Below are positions 33,001 through 44,424 of a DNA stretch of 64,000 nucleotides, piece after piece. The notes beneath the pieces are model-generated. The model was not told where the DNA came from. It ran no database searches and saw only the letters and a program-made list of their open reading frames with translations. The translations under genes were made by a program, and so were the position numbers. The DNA is from Macrostomum lignano (taxonomy: Eukaryota): the NCBI GenBank assembly GCA_002269645.1, contig NIVC01000891.1:1-64000 (forward strand), read 5' to 3'. Each line of letters begins with the position of its first letter. The stretch's first letter is position 1.

Positions 33001-36000
33001 GCCCTGGAAAACGGGGCAGTACGGCATAGGGTTCAATTGTGTCTATCACGTAACGGATGTACCGATGTTTCTCTCTGACAATCGGGTCCTGTGCGTGATG
33101 GACCCCCACTGCAGGCACATGCCGCATGCCAACACAGAAAGTCCAGGCGGAATGTACAAAGATGAAGGACTTGACGAAGTGAGGGACGATTTTCGTGACG
33201 TTTTTGATGGATTCAAAATCAGCAATGAGACCACGACCGGCTCCACTGTCTTTAGACTGCCTCTCAGAACTTTGGAAACGGCGCGCCTGTCTGAGATTTT
33301 CCCGGCTGCAAAACCTTTGAATTCTGATGACATCTACAAACTATTTAAAGAGTTTGCTGAAGATTTGGCGGAAATCTTACTGTTTTTGAGCAGCGTCAAG
33401 ACTATTCAACTCTCTGAACTGGGCACTGATGGCAAGCTGACCAAAGTTTTTGAAACAAGCTCGACTATATCGGACCCATCGGCCTGCATTCGATTCAGAG
33501 GCGAGTGTCAGAAAATCGGCAGGCAGCTGGTTCAGAAAGATGTTGACCCGAAGCTCTTGCATTCGTGCACGCAGGAAGTGTATGAGGCTACGATCTCTAC
33601 CCATAACAGCTTTTTACAAGAACCTGACTCCACCAGCAGTAAGTGGATTGTAGCCCAGCAACTCGGGTTGCCAGCTGACTCAGCGAGCGTCATTCCCAGC
33701 AAAGACCAGAGCAAGCTTGGCTATGCTGTTTCCAATGGCGAGTGGAAGGCACTTCCGAAGGTAGGAGTGGCAGCGCGACTTGATCAGAGCAAAAAGTCAC
33801 AGCAAAAACACCGCGTGTTCAACCTGCTGCCGCTTCCCCTGACAACCGATCTGCCTGTTCACATCAACGGCCACTTTGCCCTTGACCCGTCTCGCCGCAG
33901 TCTGTGGGAGGCTCATTCTAGCGATGCCTCTGCCGAATGGAACAATCTGCTAGTGAGCACTGCTCTTCCTGTGTGCTACGCAACTCTTCTAGAGGCGGCG
34001 ACGCAGTTTCTGCCACTGGAAGAACAAGTCAAAAGTGATGAGAATTCAACTGGCTTTGAACATTATTACCGTTTGTTTCCAGAGGCAAAGGATGAGAAAC
34101 CCGGAAAGTCCCATTGGAACACAATGGCGATTGAATTCTACCAAAATGTATTTAAAAACCAGCGCAGAATTTTTCCAGTCGTTGACCTGACTAATCAGAG
34201 CCGCATGATTCGCTGGCTCCCTCTTGCTCAAAGCCCTCAGTCAGTAGATGGGAAGTCCGCCTTTCTGCAAGAGAATTTGCCTGAAGATGTGTCGGAAGTG
34301 CTGCAGCGTCTGGGCCTTCCTCTCATCGTCAGAGGGCGTCGCTTTACTGACTGCATGAGAAGCAGCCGGCTGAGCTATGTTCCCAACGTAAATCCAGACA
34401 ATATAATCAACTACTTGAAGGGAGTCCGCTGCTCGGCGTTTCGCTACTCTCTTCCAAGGCAGGTCGAGCTGACTCCATTTGCCGGAGTACCGAGAGTCGA
34501 GACTGTGATGCACTACTTGCTCACAAATCTGTCTCCTGAGGAGCAAACCGACACTAAAGACTCTGAAAGGGACTCTGCTGAGATTCGGCGTATGGCCTCG
34601 CTAATCAGCACACCATTGAATCTGACCGCTGATGGAATGCTTCGAATTTTCAAGGCGGAGAATCCTTCATTTCTCACAGAATACGTGCGTCTGATACCAG
34701 CCGAATCTATCGACTTGCTTTCGCAGTTCTGCCACAAAAAGATTCAAGAGGTTTTTAAGCCTCCGCCAACACCGCTTTTCGTTGGATATTTTTCAAGGCC
34801 CAACCGCTGTCCCAGTGCTCACAAATCCGGCCTGTACCGCAAATTCAGCATTGCTGAGTTCCGCCGTTGTCTTGGCGGCTTCTTGCCTGCCTGCTGCTCT
34901 CCAAACGTCCCGTGCATTCCGCTAGCTAGCATTGAGACTCAGCTGAGGGGCTTAAAATTTGTAGACTGGATTCAAGATGTCTGGAAATTTCTCTCAGAGG
35001 AGTATGATAGCGCTGCTGAAGAACATTTCAGAGCCAACCGCAGAAGTTATTCGCAGAAGAGACCAGAAATCAAATATGTCCTGGCTCCCGTGTCCGATAC
35101 AGCCCTAGTGCCAGTCAGCTTCAAGTGGAAGAAACAAATTTCATGCTGCAATTGCCTATTCAGAGTATCCCATGCGGCTTCAGTGTACAACAAGTCTAGA
35201 CGTAGACCGCAAGATTTGGAAAAGAAAATCGAAGAGGCTCTTTGTCAGCTTAAGGCTCCAGTTTTAACAATCTATGACAGTAAATTGATCAAACTAGTAG
35301 GGAGATTGGAGGAACCCAACTCGATGCTTGCTATTATCCAATACGCACTTAACGAAAATCCTCACAAACCGCGCCATTTGCCTTCTGCTGACATGGCGAA
35401 CAGCTTTGCCTGCTTTGTTCAGCAACATCAAGGTGCAATGGAGCAGGTGATTGGCCGCAGAGACTTGATCAGTAAGCTGCGGTTGCTACCGATTTTTGTA
35501 ACTCTCAGTGGCAAGTGCGTTGCGCTGAAGAATTCAAGCCCCGCAATTCTACCGGCCGACTTGGTGTCTAAGGAGATGCACCTGTGGAGCCGAGCAGCCC
35601 AGTTCGTCTTCTTAAGACAAAAATTTGTCCTGGAGAAATTGCATAGCCTAATGGAATGCAGGGAACTAAGCGAGTTTGCAGCTTATGCTGAATTTATCCT
35701 ACCGGTTTTCGACTATTTTTCAAACCATACAAGGCAAGCTCACCTGCAGAAACTAAAGTCACTCGCTTGGGATTTTCAGGGATTGAGTTATGGTAATCCT
35801 TGTGAAAGTCGCTGGTTTGAAGACTCGCTGAAAAACGCCAGAGTTGTTCCGTTTCAGCAGTCCTGGTGCAGAGCCAGCAACTTTTTCGACCATCGCGTCG
35901 ACATTTTTCGAGAATTCTGTTCGTCAGAGGAGTTCCTACCATTCCAATTTCAGCAAGATGACATGCTCACACTGATGGAGCTGGCAGGACTGGTAACTGA

Positions 36001-38755
36001 GTGCATACCGGATATGGTGCTGCGGTTCGCTAACCATACCGCCAATTTGCCACTCGACTTGGCTCGAAACAAATCGGAGACTCTACTGAAGTTTGTAGCT
36101 AGCCAAAGCTTCGATCAGCAGCATCGCACAGAAGCATTCCTGTCTCAACTTGCCAGAATATCATTCATTGTACCGGATGTGAAGCCTAAGCTGCAACAGC
36201 TGTGCGACAAGGGCTATGTACAGTTTTCTTCACTTGAAAATTGTGTAATCCCGAAGAACGAGTACATCTGTTGGACAGTTCTTCCTGTGGCTCCTGCTTT
36301 CATCGAAGAACTTGGTTGCTTTAGAAAGTACCTGCAGGAGAAGCCCCAGATGGACAAGTTTTTCTCGCATTTGAAGAACCTAATCGGATCCCGTCAGTTC
36401 TGCAACGCTGGTCTGGCGGACAGTATAAAGCAAGTCAGAGGCAAGGTGATGCACAAAGTTTACTCATTCATGAGTTCACTCGATCAGGCAGTTTCAGAGC
36501 CATACCTGAATGCGCTAAGAAATTCACCGTGCATTCTCGTCGACAACTATTCGAGATTTGCTCAGCCAAGCCAAGTCACTCTGTTTGGGGGGAATGAGAT
36601 CCCACCGTTTCTCTTTGCCTGCCTTCCGGAATTTTTGCAGTACAGCGAACTTTTTCTAAAACTCGGAGTAACACGGCAGCCGAGCATTGAGCAGGCTGCG
36701 ATGGTGCTGCAGCTAATCAAGAGCGCTGCCAAGGATGATTTATTGCCAGTGGCCCTGTTGGAACCGACAGCAAAATGCATTCGCCTGTTGCTAACGCTTC
36801 TCGATCAGCAGGGTGCTTTTCCAACTGGCATTCGCCTGTGCCTGCCAACATCAGTCAGTACGGAGGAGCAGACCCCCAAGAGCTACAAGCTGGTCGAGGC
36901 TAGCCAGGTGGTGATCAATGACGCAGTTGCATATTTCGAACGTTTGGGAGGTGCAACGCTGTCCGGAATTCAGTTCCTGGATCTGGAATTCTGCGGAATC
37001 AGCGCAGATCAGCAGCGAACTCTCGAGCGCTACCTGAATAAGGATATCCGGGTTCCAAGACTGTCGGAACTCGTCAAGGAACAACTGGTGTCCGATGAGT
37101 GTCCTGAGTGCTCCGCTGGCGATGCCGGTTGCCAGGTGTGTGCTGAATTTTCGAAGAAGCTTAGCAGCTCAGAATTTCGCAGCGGACTCGCAAGCGTTAT
37201 CGTTTCCGATTCAATGGACGCAAAAATTGAGAGCACATTCAAATCGGTCAATGGAATATTTGAAGACTTTCGCATCGCTTGCAAGCAGAAATTGGTTACT
37301 GTGCTGGTTATGAATGGCACTGAGATCGACGCATCCAAGAGGCGAAGGAAGTTTTTGCTTAAAGACGGCGCGATCTACATGAACCATCTCGACCGCTTGC
37401 CAGAGGGCGATAATCGGAACTTTTGGCTCAAGGAACTGATGGGAGCAGTGCACGGTCTGTTGGAGCCAAGCTTCAGCCTCACCTCACAACAAACATTAGT
37501 GCTGCAGTTCATGATGATGCTTGGAGATTTCAGAAATATTCGCCAGATGCTGCAAGAGGAAAACATTTGCCTTTATGGCCTGAGCGATGACTTGAAGGAC
37601 GTGTGGCATGGAGTTGAGCTGGGAAGTCCGGTAAGTCCGATGGACGCATTGAAACTCGAGCCGTTGGGCTTGACACACCTGCAGCCAGACGACCTGGTAG
37701 CGTTTGCGGATCCCGAGGCCGGAGGGTCGCTGATCTACGCCCGAATCGTCGAGGCACATGGCTCGGCCGATGCCAAGAGCGATGAAGGCGAGTCTGACAC
37801 CGGCGAGTGGAGCCTCGAGTTCACCATCGACTGCGGTCGTCAGCGCGGCCGAAAAGTTCGGGCGCCGGCGGCACTGCTGCAAGCTTTTGCAAAGATCGAG
37901 AATGAATTGGAGTTGCATGAGAACAACAGAGACTGGGAACGCAGGATGGAGCAGCAGATTCACAGAGCGGCTCGCTTATCCGATAATTTCGAACGGAAGG
38001 CCGCCACTCGACGGATTCTCGACGCCTGCGATTCAAACCGCTTTGATGAGGATACCGAGCAGCCGGATCCCGAAGCGATTTGGCGGATGCAGAGTCTCGC
38101 TCAAGAGCAGCTGGGGGAAAGTCTGTCCAACGGCGACTGGGAGATGGTGAGCAGAAATGCTGCCAGGGCTGCTCGTAGGTATCGATCGGCGCGAGCTGAA
38201 AGTCGCATGAATGGCGACTTCGGCTTCGGTGGCGGCGGCGGCGGCGGCGGTGGCGGTTTGGGTGGCGCCTTTTGTGGGGCCTTTAACAGCGCCAGGACGG
38301 ATGGCGGAGGTGGCGGCGGTTTAGGCGGACCTGGGTGCATTCCTCCGTCGCTGGGTGAGGCGCAGCGCTATCTACAGACGGCCCAAGGTGACGCAGAGGC
38401 GGCCGTGGCCACGGCGACTGGAGCGGCCGCTGAACGAGCCTGCTGGGCCTGCTACCAGAGCTGGCAGGCCGCCGAGAAGGCGATGAAGGCCGTCGTGCTT
38501 GCCGAGAATCGACCGGCTGAGCGGAGTCACAACCTTATGAGCCACCTGCTTCTGGTTGGCGATGAGCAGCTGCGGGACCAGCTGGAGCCGCTGGTGCACG
38601 AGCTGCTGGCTGTACTTCACCGGGACCCGCGCTATCCGCGTGATGGCGCCACGCCTTACGACGTGTTCCGCGCCGAGCACGCGCGACAGGCCAGCGAGGC
38701 GGCGGCCGGCATTGTGCGACTGGTGGAGGCGGCCGTGACCGATGCCACCGTTTGA
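30011..38755 (+). CDS. SACS-like: Sacsin-like copy 2, giant exon 3 (8745 bp); spliced product 3072 aa
   Basis: TTCGTCAG|ATC TAC is in frame with the 2891-aa ORF (23 codons upstream of its Met). GHKL repeat 2, J-like domain and HEPN present; no disruptions. Confidence 0.93.
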   Translation: MYRKYRKCDTGLRLNFSKEAGRRMLAKYPHQFAPYTGVMGCGPDLGAEPYPGTLIRLPLRTQEQAGESQICQRAYSEQEMRDLLDKTAQQARHLLLFTQSVSSFRLLHLRDGLDGSLQTDTLLKVSRSLIKCIRPLPGTSGSADLRSQTRVLAAAAEYLTSDNGGAVDGSFAGQLKLHIDVQVNETEAKRVGIDTNVAITASDNWLLSVALGSGGSLEMSRQRKGLSLPVASVAIRLSAGGTAIEPVNRGVAFCFLPLPIESPLLFHVNAAFAVTSSRRYLEEATMDEAEGRWHPGRWNAALLREAACTALVSALERLTAENITGAPSIWPLLEANNGVWHPLIESFYRTVFTESDRAPSIFYTSVGWRPLARVVFLDESALGAAALGFEAANIVRRLSRSLVPAGSGLAEGLASSVQAAAVRLNLLGHRLWSGEVFVANFLEQLNRLWDSSDEEHHLCSEFLKFLLKNLSRKNVAPQDPTVWLMSEGNRSMLKSSSFLPDQSNRLCRVSDLLDPDCAAADLYFPTDSVFPRTDFKDDYSLRPVLISLGLQSEIPFDHVLERANTVSALSRGNRLDDALKRARSLMKYLDLNRTEFQDRLRELASVEFLPAKRKPDDCSLHWRSDDYPVTQLFAPEVLFHSKHKTLGSLCQLVLDSCVLSDTNYSAREALNKSIGVQNEVPREMAWEQLRLATQTFNIDSRPVCLAVYEHFSKLLIKNPELANEIKLEFEGLGSPAIVYSDTGYLKPHQVSWSLKDRECPPYLYRLPSDLRAGYFSHEKYLPFLKAIGVLEEFDCTTYCRVLEEIHENKSGSALTDSERKSCIELLTRLSELSELPEPSEIFAPDHEGFLVRCSHLCFGSVKWLTKVDKLRFAHKDLAYGVCEKLRIPDQRVQTLRKHHVPLPFGQKEELTTRLKGILQGYPLGIEIFKELVQNADDAGATRLHFINDRRNLGTEKVLSDEWKTLQGPALVVVNDTTFNDEDIEGIQKLGVGSKGSQPWKTGQYGIGFNCVYHVTDVPMFLSDNRVLCVMDPHCRHMPHANTESPGGMYKDEGLDEVRDDFRDVFDGFKISNETTTGSTVFRLPLRTLETARLSEIFPAAKPLNSDDIYKLFKEFAEDLAEILLFLSSVKTIQLSELGTDGKLTKVFETSSTISDPSACIRFRGECQKIGRQLVQKDVDPKLLHSCTQEVYEATISTHNSFLQEPDSTSSKWIVAQQLGLPADSASVIPSKDQSKLGYAVSNGEWKALPKVGVAARLDQSKKSQQKHRVFNLLPLPLTTDLPVHINGHFALDPSRRSLWEAHSSDASAEWNNLLVSTALPVCYATLLEAATQFLPLEEQVKSDENSTGFEHYYRLFPEAKDEKPGKSHWNTMAIEFYQNVFKNQRRIFPVVDLTNQSRMIRWLPLAQSPQSVDGKSAFLQENLPEDVSEVLQRLGLPLIVRGRRFTDCMRSSRLSYVPNVNPDNIINYLKGVRCSAFRYSLPRQVELTPFAGVPRVETVMHYLLTNLSPEEQTDTKDSERDSAEIRRMASLISTPLNLTADGMLRIFKAENPSFLTEYVRLIPAESIDLLSQFCHKKIQEVFKPPPTPLFVGYFSRPNRCPSAHKSGLYRKFSIAEFRRCLGGFLPACCSPNVPCIPLASIETQLRGLKFVDWIQDVWKFLSEEYDSAAEEHFRANRRSYSQKRPEIKYVLAPVSDTALVPVSFKWKKQISCCNCLFRVSHAASVYNKSRRRPQDLEKKIEEALCQLKAPVLTIYDSKLIKLVGRLEEPNSMLAIIQYALNENPHKPRHLPSADMANSFACFVQQHQGAMEQVIGRRDLISKLRLLPIFVTLSGKCVALKNSSPAILPADLVSKEMHLWSRAAQFVFLRQKFVLEKLHSLMECRELSEFAAYAEFILPVFDYFSNHTRQAHLQKLKSLAWDFQGLSYGNPCESRWFEDSLKNARVVPFQQSWCRASNFFDHRVDIFREFCSSEEFLPFQFQQDDMLTLMELAGLVTECIPDMVLRFANHTANLPLDLARNKSETLLKFVASQSFDQQHRTEAFLSQLARISFIVPDVKPKLQQLCDKGYVQFSSLENCVIPKNEYICWTVLPVAPAFIEELGCFRKYLQEKPQMDKFFSHLKNLIGSRQFCNAGLADSIKQVRGKVMHKVYSFMSSLDQAVSEPYLNALRNSPCILVDNYSRFAQPSQVTLFGGNEIPPFLFACLPEFLQYSELFLKLGVTRQPSIEQAAMVLQLIKSAAKDDLLPVALLEPTAKCIRLLLTLLDQQGAFPTGIRLCLPTSVSTEEQTPKSYKLVEASQVVINDAVAYFERLGGATLSGIQFLDLEFCGISADQQRTLERYLNKDIRVPRLSELVKEQLVSDECPECSAGDAGCQVCAEFSKKLSSSEFRSGLASVIVSDSMDAKIESTFKSVNGIFEDFRIACKQKLVTVLVMNGTEIDASKRRRKFLLKDGAIYMNHLDRLPEGDNRNFWLKELMGAVHGLLEPSFSLTSQQTLVLQFMMMLGDFRNIRQMLQEENICLYGLSDDLKDVWHGVELGSPVSPMDALKLEPLGLTHLQPDDLVAFADPEAGGSLIYARIVEAHGSADAKSDEGESDTGEWSLEFTIDCGRQRGRKVRAPAALLQAFAKIENELELHENNRDWERRMEQQIHRAARLSDNFERKAATRRILDACDSNRFDEDTEQPDPEAIWRMQSLAQEQLGESLSNGDWEMVSRNAARAARRYRSARAESRMNGDFGFGGGGGGGGGGLGGAFCGAFNSARTDGGGGGGLGGPGCIPPSLGEAQRYLQTAQGDAEAAVATATGAAAERACWACYQSWQAAEKAMKAVVLAENRPAERSHNLMSHLLLVGDEQLRDQLEPLVHELLAVLHRDPRYPRDGATPYDVFRAEHARQASEAAAGIVRLVEAAVTDATV

Positions 38756-41077
38756 AGACCTGGCGTTGGCTGCAGCTGATTGGGTCTGTTTTTTCATTGA
38801 TGCCAAGAGACCAAGAGTAAGCTGAGCATGAGTTGAGTTCCTTTATGCAGAGGCGGGCAAGTTGGAGCTGGTAAATTTAGCAGAAGATTCGAGGCGATTA
38901 CACTTTCAATCTAAGAAATAGCTGATGAATTTAGACCAGATGATAAAGTTTACCAGATACGAGCGACTAGAACTCTGGACCGACAAACCCATGAGAAACG
39001 TTTGCCTGCCTCAGCCGTTGAAGCGTAGGTGCAGTCAGCTTCCAGTAATCAAGTAATCAATAATTCTACGTCGTGTTTTTATTCTGTTGGGACAATGAGG
39101 CATTGTCTATTCAATTGTCTATTTAAAATAATGTCTGTTTTAATCAAGCCTTTAACTTAATTTAAGGTTTTATTGTTCCTAGTTTGTATTGGCTTGATGT
39201 CTAGTTTATTAAATTAACGCCTAATTAATCCAGTCAAATTTAAATAGACTGGTAGACCTAGAAATTGCATGCTCTTAATTATCTGCAAGGTTGGGAGAAA
39301 ATTGGGCCAAAGCCAATTGCCTAACATCTTATAGAACGATTCCAAAATAAGCCACGTGTCAGTGATGTTCACCCAAATGATGTTCATCAAATTCAAAGTG
39401 TCTTTTGCAAGAAAAGGATCCCCTCTCCTCCCCTCCATCATTTCTCCTATCCCCGAGCCTCTTCTGTCTTCTCTTTTATCTCTCCCCTCTCCTCCGTCCC
39501 CTCTTTCCCCTTTTTTCTCTCTCTTCCACTCTCTCCCCTCTACTCTCTCCACGTTCTCCCCTCTCTCCGCTCTCCTCTCCGCTTATCTTCTATCTTTTCT
39601 CTTATCTCGCCCCATCTCTCATCTCTCATTTCTCATCTTCCATTCCCTCTCATTTCCACTCTTATCAGACCCGGAGTCATAAATTGGATTCTTTTTCTGC
39701 CCTTGAGGTAAAAATTTTTTCCGAGCCCAGTTCGATCTAAAGACTCCGGGAACGCCATCGCACGACCTACCGGTATCACTATCACCCCCTCTGCACTAAT
39801 ATTGTCATGGACAGCTTCTCTTAAAAAACTGATTTTTTTCTCTATTTGTCGATTTTATTACCAAGCTAAAGTGTTATCACTTATCAACATGGTAGAAGTG
39901 CCAAGTTCCCATATTTGATAAATTTTATTACATCTGCTTAGTTTTTGCCAGAAGAGACCCCAGCACACGAAACTCAAGGACACGGTGGAACTCTTTGTTG
40001 CAAACCTTCTGAAACAAGAATTACTGAAGTAAGTCACTGTCCCTTAAGACCAGACCAGAAATTGATTTAAAATAAGAGAGTTGGTGTTCCTAATTACTAA
40101 ATATTATTTTTATCATATTCGTGACGTGTTCCTCATTGGTTTTGCTGATGTCTTGCATACTTGATCGGCTTAGTTTCTTTAGAATGCGCTCGTTCTTAAA
40201 CAGTGTAATTAGTTTGAATCCTTTTACTTAGACTTCGGCAGACTTCTTTAATATTTTACTTAAAAGGCAATAAAAGCTACATAATAATTTCATCTCCTTA
40301 CTTAAAAATTTATTCAGTTAGATTTTTACTCTCCTAATACTGTAGGTGTTTACGTCGTTTTAAAATACTGCTCTGTCTATTTTATTCAAAAATACACCTT
40401 TCGACGTGAATTAACTCAAACTGTGTTTTGCCTTTGTCCTTACTATTAATAAGTTTCGTTTGAATGTGACTTAAAATTTAGGAATTTATTCAAAAATATT
40501 GGAAGTTCCTGGGATTATATTACCGCCGGTTTCAACAGCTTGTAAATTATATTTTGCAACGCACAAGCTGCAAATCTGTTGGTTTTCGTGTGTCAACTGC
40601 AGTCGGATGGACCGATAAGAAAGTTCTTTTCGACTTAATAAAAAAATTGGGGTCTACGGCAATTGACTGCCACAATCTTACCACCATAATTTGACTCCGG
40701 ACAATTTGACTGCGGCAATTTGACTGCCGACAATATGGCTGCGGCAATTTGACTGCCGACAATATGGCTGCGGCAATTTGACTGCCGACAATATGGCTGC
40801 GGCAATTTGACTGGCTCAAGTGCTACATGTACATCCTTTTTATATACGAATTGATCGTATTTATGCAGGACTAACAATTCGCTCTTTACGAGTGAAGATG
40901 CAAGCTATGAATACATTTGCCTTTCAGCAATACATGCATGTATATGTTATGACGAATGTCACATCTATACGTAGCTGCGTTCTGTTGAGCTGAGTGCTCT
41001 TTATAAAGCTAGCTTAGCATTAACTTTAGCTTTGACTAATATTCTATTAGGCTATTAATAGATTTTATAGTACGAGT

Positions 41078-41749
41078 CAAGGACGACTCAAGTAGAAGGA
41101 CGGGAAACTTCGTTTCTTAGAAAATTTTAGAAGGCCGGTTTTCCCGAAAAATTACACTAGCTACGGAGATAGGAGGTTTTCATTTTTTCAGCACAAAATT
41201 GTTATTGCTTTTGATAGGAGGCAGATCCAGTGTTCATCTTTTGATATATTGTGCCTTTCTTATTGCTCTATCGATATTCATAAAGCTTTTCGTTCAAAGA
41301 AGTAGGATTCTATGTTAATTTTTTATTCTACGTACATTTCCTGTATCTAAAAATAATAAAAATGCATTGCACAGCTCGAAATCTTTGGTTTTATGAATCC
41401 ATTTTATCATTTGTGCTACGCATATTTGTTACAGTCAGCTAAGAATTATAAAATAGACTCATAAAACCAATGAGCCGAGCCGTGCTATTCTAATGGTTTT
41501 TAGACACGACATGCGCAAATTTACGTAGAATAAAAAAGTAACATAGAATTCTAATTTTTTTAAACGGAGAGCTTTACGAATATCGAAAGAGTAGTAAGAA
41601 AGGCTCTGGCTCCTATCAAAAGCAATAGCAATTTTTGTGCTGAAAAAATGAAAACTTCCTTTCTTCGTAGTGTATTTTTTCGGAAAAACCTGCCTTCACA
41701 AATTTTCCAAGAAACGAGGTTTCCCGTCCTTCTACTTGAGTCGTCCTTG
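41078..41749. mobile_element. hAT-like MITE with perfect 31-bp TIRs and 8-bp TSD
   Basis: CAAGGACGACTCAAGTAGAAGGACGGGAAAC (41078-41108) is the reverse complement of 41719-41749. Flanks GTACGAGT and GTACGAGC. Empty site GAACGCGT at 16309-16316 in the copy 1 flank. Confidence 0.85.
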
Positions 41750-42804
41750 GTACGAGCCTGTGGAATTTCTTTTAAATCTGGAAGATTCAATTAGATTCAA
41801 ATATATGAGATTAATATGACATTAAGAGAAAGAAGGAACCTTGAAATATGGAAATCTTGTGCATGTCGATTTAAAAAGTCAGCAAGCAATTTTTATAGCA
41901 GAGTAACAAAACATGCTAAAATTGCAGAAATAAGCGTTTATTAGTAAGTTCCCTTCAACTTTGTTATTCGTATCTCTCTGTCTCCTTCGCTCCTTTCTGA
42001 TTGGCTGTTCGATCTCGCCTCATTCGATCCTTAGTCGCGCATCTCACCCCTCCTTTTCTTACTTGCAATTAACCCCTTCTGTCTGTCTGCTTTGTTTTCA
42101 ACTCTAATTTAATACAAAGTACATGTAGTTCACTTTTTTTACAGAAACATCGATCCGTTTTCAACCCCTGATGTTTTCTCTGGTCTGCCCCCTGTTTTCG
42201 GCCTCGGCTCCTCCATTATTTTATTATCATCCAACCCCCTTCGTTTAATCGAACTGCGAGGGTCTGCGCCCTTCGCGTGTGCTTTTGCTCCCTGTTAAGT
42301 GGGATCTCTGCTTTTCTCAAAACTATACCAAAACTATACCAATACCAGTACAGAGTCGGTCTGTACTCTGGTTGTCTCGTCGGGCGTGGCGTTCTGGTGG
42401 TTCTTTGGGGTCTGGGCAGCGGCGCACTCTCAGATCCGCTGCGACTCAGCCAGTCTCTTCGTATATTACTCATCTGCTGCTACTTATTCATATATTCGCT
42501 AGTTTTGAGCTTGGAACTCCGCTAGCACAGAGTCTGTTGCTCCTTCCTTTTGTGCTCATGCTGTTGGCTACTTGCTTGTTGTCCAAATGTCGTCGGAAGT
42601 CAGAAAGCGAGCACCGATATGAGCAGCAGTCATTCGAGCTACATGTGCAGTGCTAAAGCCGAGAAGTTGTTGTCAAGTCTTTGGCTTAATACGGAATCTG
42701 AAGAAGAGGCCTGTTCAGACTTGCTCAGAGAGAAGTTCAGCTCCTTGGAAAGTGCAGATGAACTCGTGCAGATGAAGATCAATAGAACTATACGAATGGC
42801 ATAG

Positions 42805-42960
42805 CATATCAAAAGATGAACACTGGGTCTTGCCTCCTATCAAAAGCAATAACAAGAAAATGAAAACTCCCTAAACACCTTCGTGCATTTTTCGGCGAAA
42901 AGTGGCCTTCGAAACATTTTTTATAGATTTCGAGTGTTGCGTTCTACTTTAGTAGTCTTT
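42805..42960. mobile_element. Right-arm fragment of the same MITE family
   Basis: ATATCAAAAGATGAACACTGGGTC..CTATCAAAAGCAATAACAA..TTTTCGGCGAAAA matches 2148-2255. Confidence 0.65.
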
Positions 42961-44189
42961 GTGCACGTACATTATTACATCTTAAATATCCTTACCATTC
43001 TGACAAGAGCTTCTGTTTCGTATCCCAGCAGCCCTAGCCTTCTACTCATACTAACTAGCTTCATGCTTAATCGACAGCCCTACCTAGTCTCCAGTCGAAT
43101 ATTGATGGAGTTGTTTGTTTTCTCTTTCAAACATAACATTGGATTGAGTGTTAACCCCCAACCCCACAAGCATTGGGTTGGCAGCAAGCACAAAGCAGCG
43201 ACGAGGTGGGAAAGGCGACCCTTCGGATGTTGCATGTATTTTGCGCAATTCACGTGAGTACGTCGAATTCGAAATTGGTCGATAAAACCGGGCGGGGAGA
43301 ATAAAACAAGAGAAATTAAAAAATCAGAGCACTTGCACGCAGATGGCCAAGGCAGAAAATACTGGGTTTAAGAAAGAACCCCTCCGGCACGCGGCGGGGG
43401 GCGGAGGAGAGGTGGATGAAGGGGGGAGGGGTGGGGTTAACACACTTTCACTGAGGCCCACTGAGCAGGCCTAGTGTAAAGTAGACATTAATTATGCAAA
43501 GCTGAAGAGATAAAATAAATTCAAAATTACTAATGATTCAGAATCCCAGGATTTGTTCCTATTTGCAGTCCTCAGCGGATTTTGTGTATTGGCATCTCCA
43601 GTGATGGCGCTGGGAGCTTGTCAGTGATCGAAAGCTTCCATTCTGGTTGGTTCTCCTTCTGACGCACCTGCACTCGATCTGGCCTGTGCAGAGCTACGAG
43701 CTACTTGTGTAACTTTTAAGTGCCTTCAAGAAAAACTTCGAGCGTTGCGATTTCTTTCCATTTTGAGTGACCAATTCTCTAGGGTGGTACTGTATCGCTT
43801 TTTCGCTTTTACAATCCATGTCGGTCTTATTGATTTCCGTCTTCCTAATCCACTTTTAAACTGTTAAACTGCAGAGTAAGACCTGCACAGATTCTAGAAA
43901 ATTGTTAAAGATTTCTTAGAAAACTTTCCCAGCTACCCGTAGCCTATCAACTGGGACAAATGCAGCGAAAACCGCAAATAAAGCCACGTCATTCCAAACA
44001 CACTGTGCATTATCGTGTGCATTAAGCCCTATCCCCTGTCCTGGGGGAATTCAATAAAGTAAACTGGACAATAACAGAACATTCCAACAAGCTGCTTTCG
44101 TGGTTGTAAAATGTGGTGCCATCTGGTTTGAGCGGCTTGGGAGAGTAAATAGCGGTGTAACTTAAAAAAACTCAACCCGCTCTACTCTG

Positions 44190-44300
44190 CAGTCGCAGAC
44201 ATGTACATTCATATGAGTAGAGAGTTTCCAAGAGAATTTCCAAGAAATTTCTCCAAGCCTCTGCCGACCCCCACCACGGCTACGTTATTTATTATAAAAC
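44190..44300 (+). promoter_or_regulatory. Proximal promoter of copy 3 (GAGAATTTCC 44232-44241, TTCCAAGAA 44238-44246, TATAAA 44293-44298)
   Basis: Near-identical to the copy 2 promoter. Confidence 0.5.
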
Positions 44301-44424
44301 GTGGCCGAAGGAGCCCAGCAGCTGGAGCGAATGAACGAATCGTTGTGTTGAAGCTTCAATAAATGACTGGCTCGTATCACATCAAAAAGTGCACGCTTGT
44401 TCAAGTTTTGAGCGCCAATCACAC

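Noticed and set aside
42216-42804. Cluster of short ORFs, possible LINE ORF1 remnant
   Set aside because: No diagnostic motif recognised.
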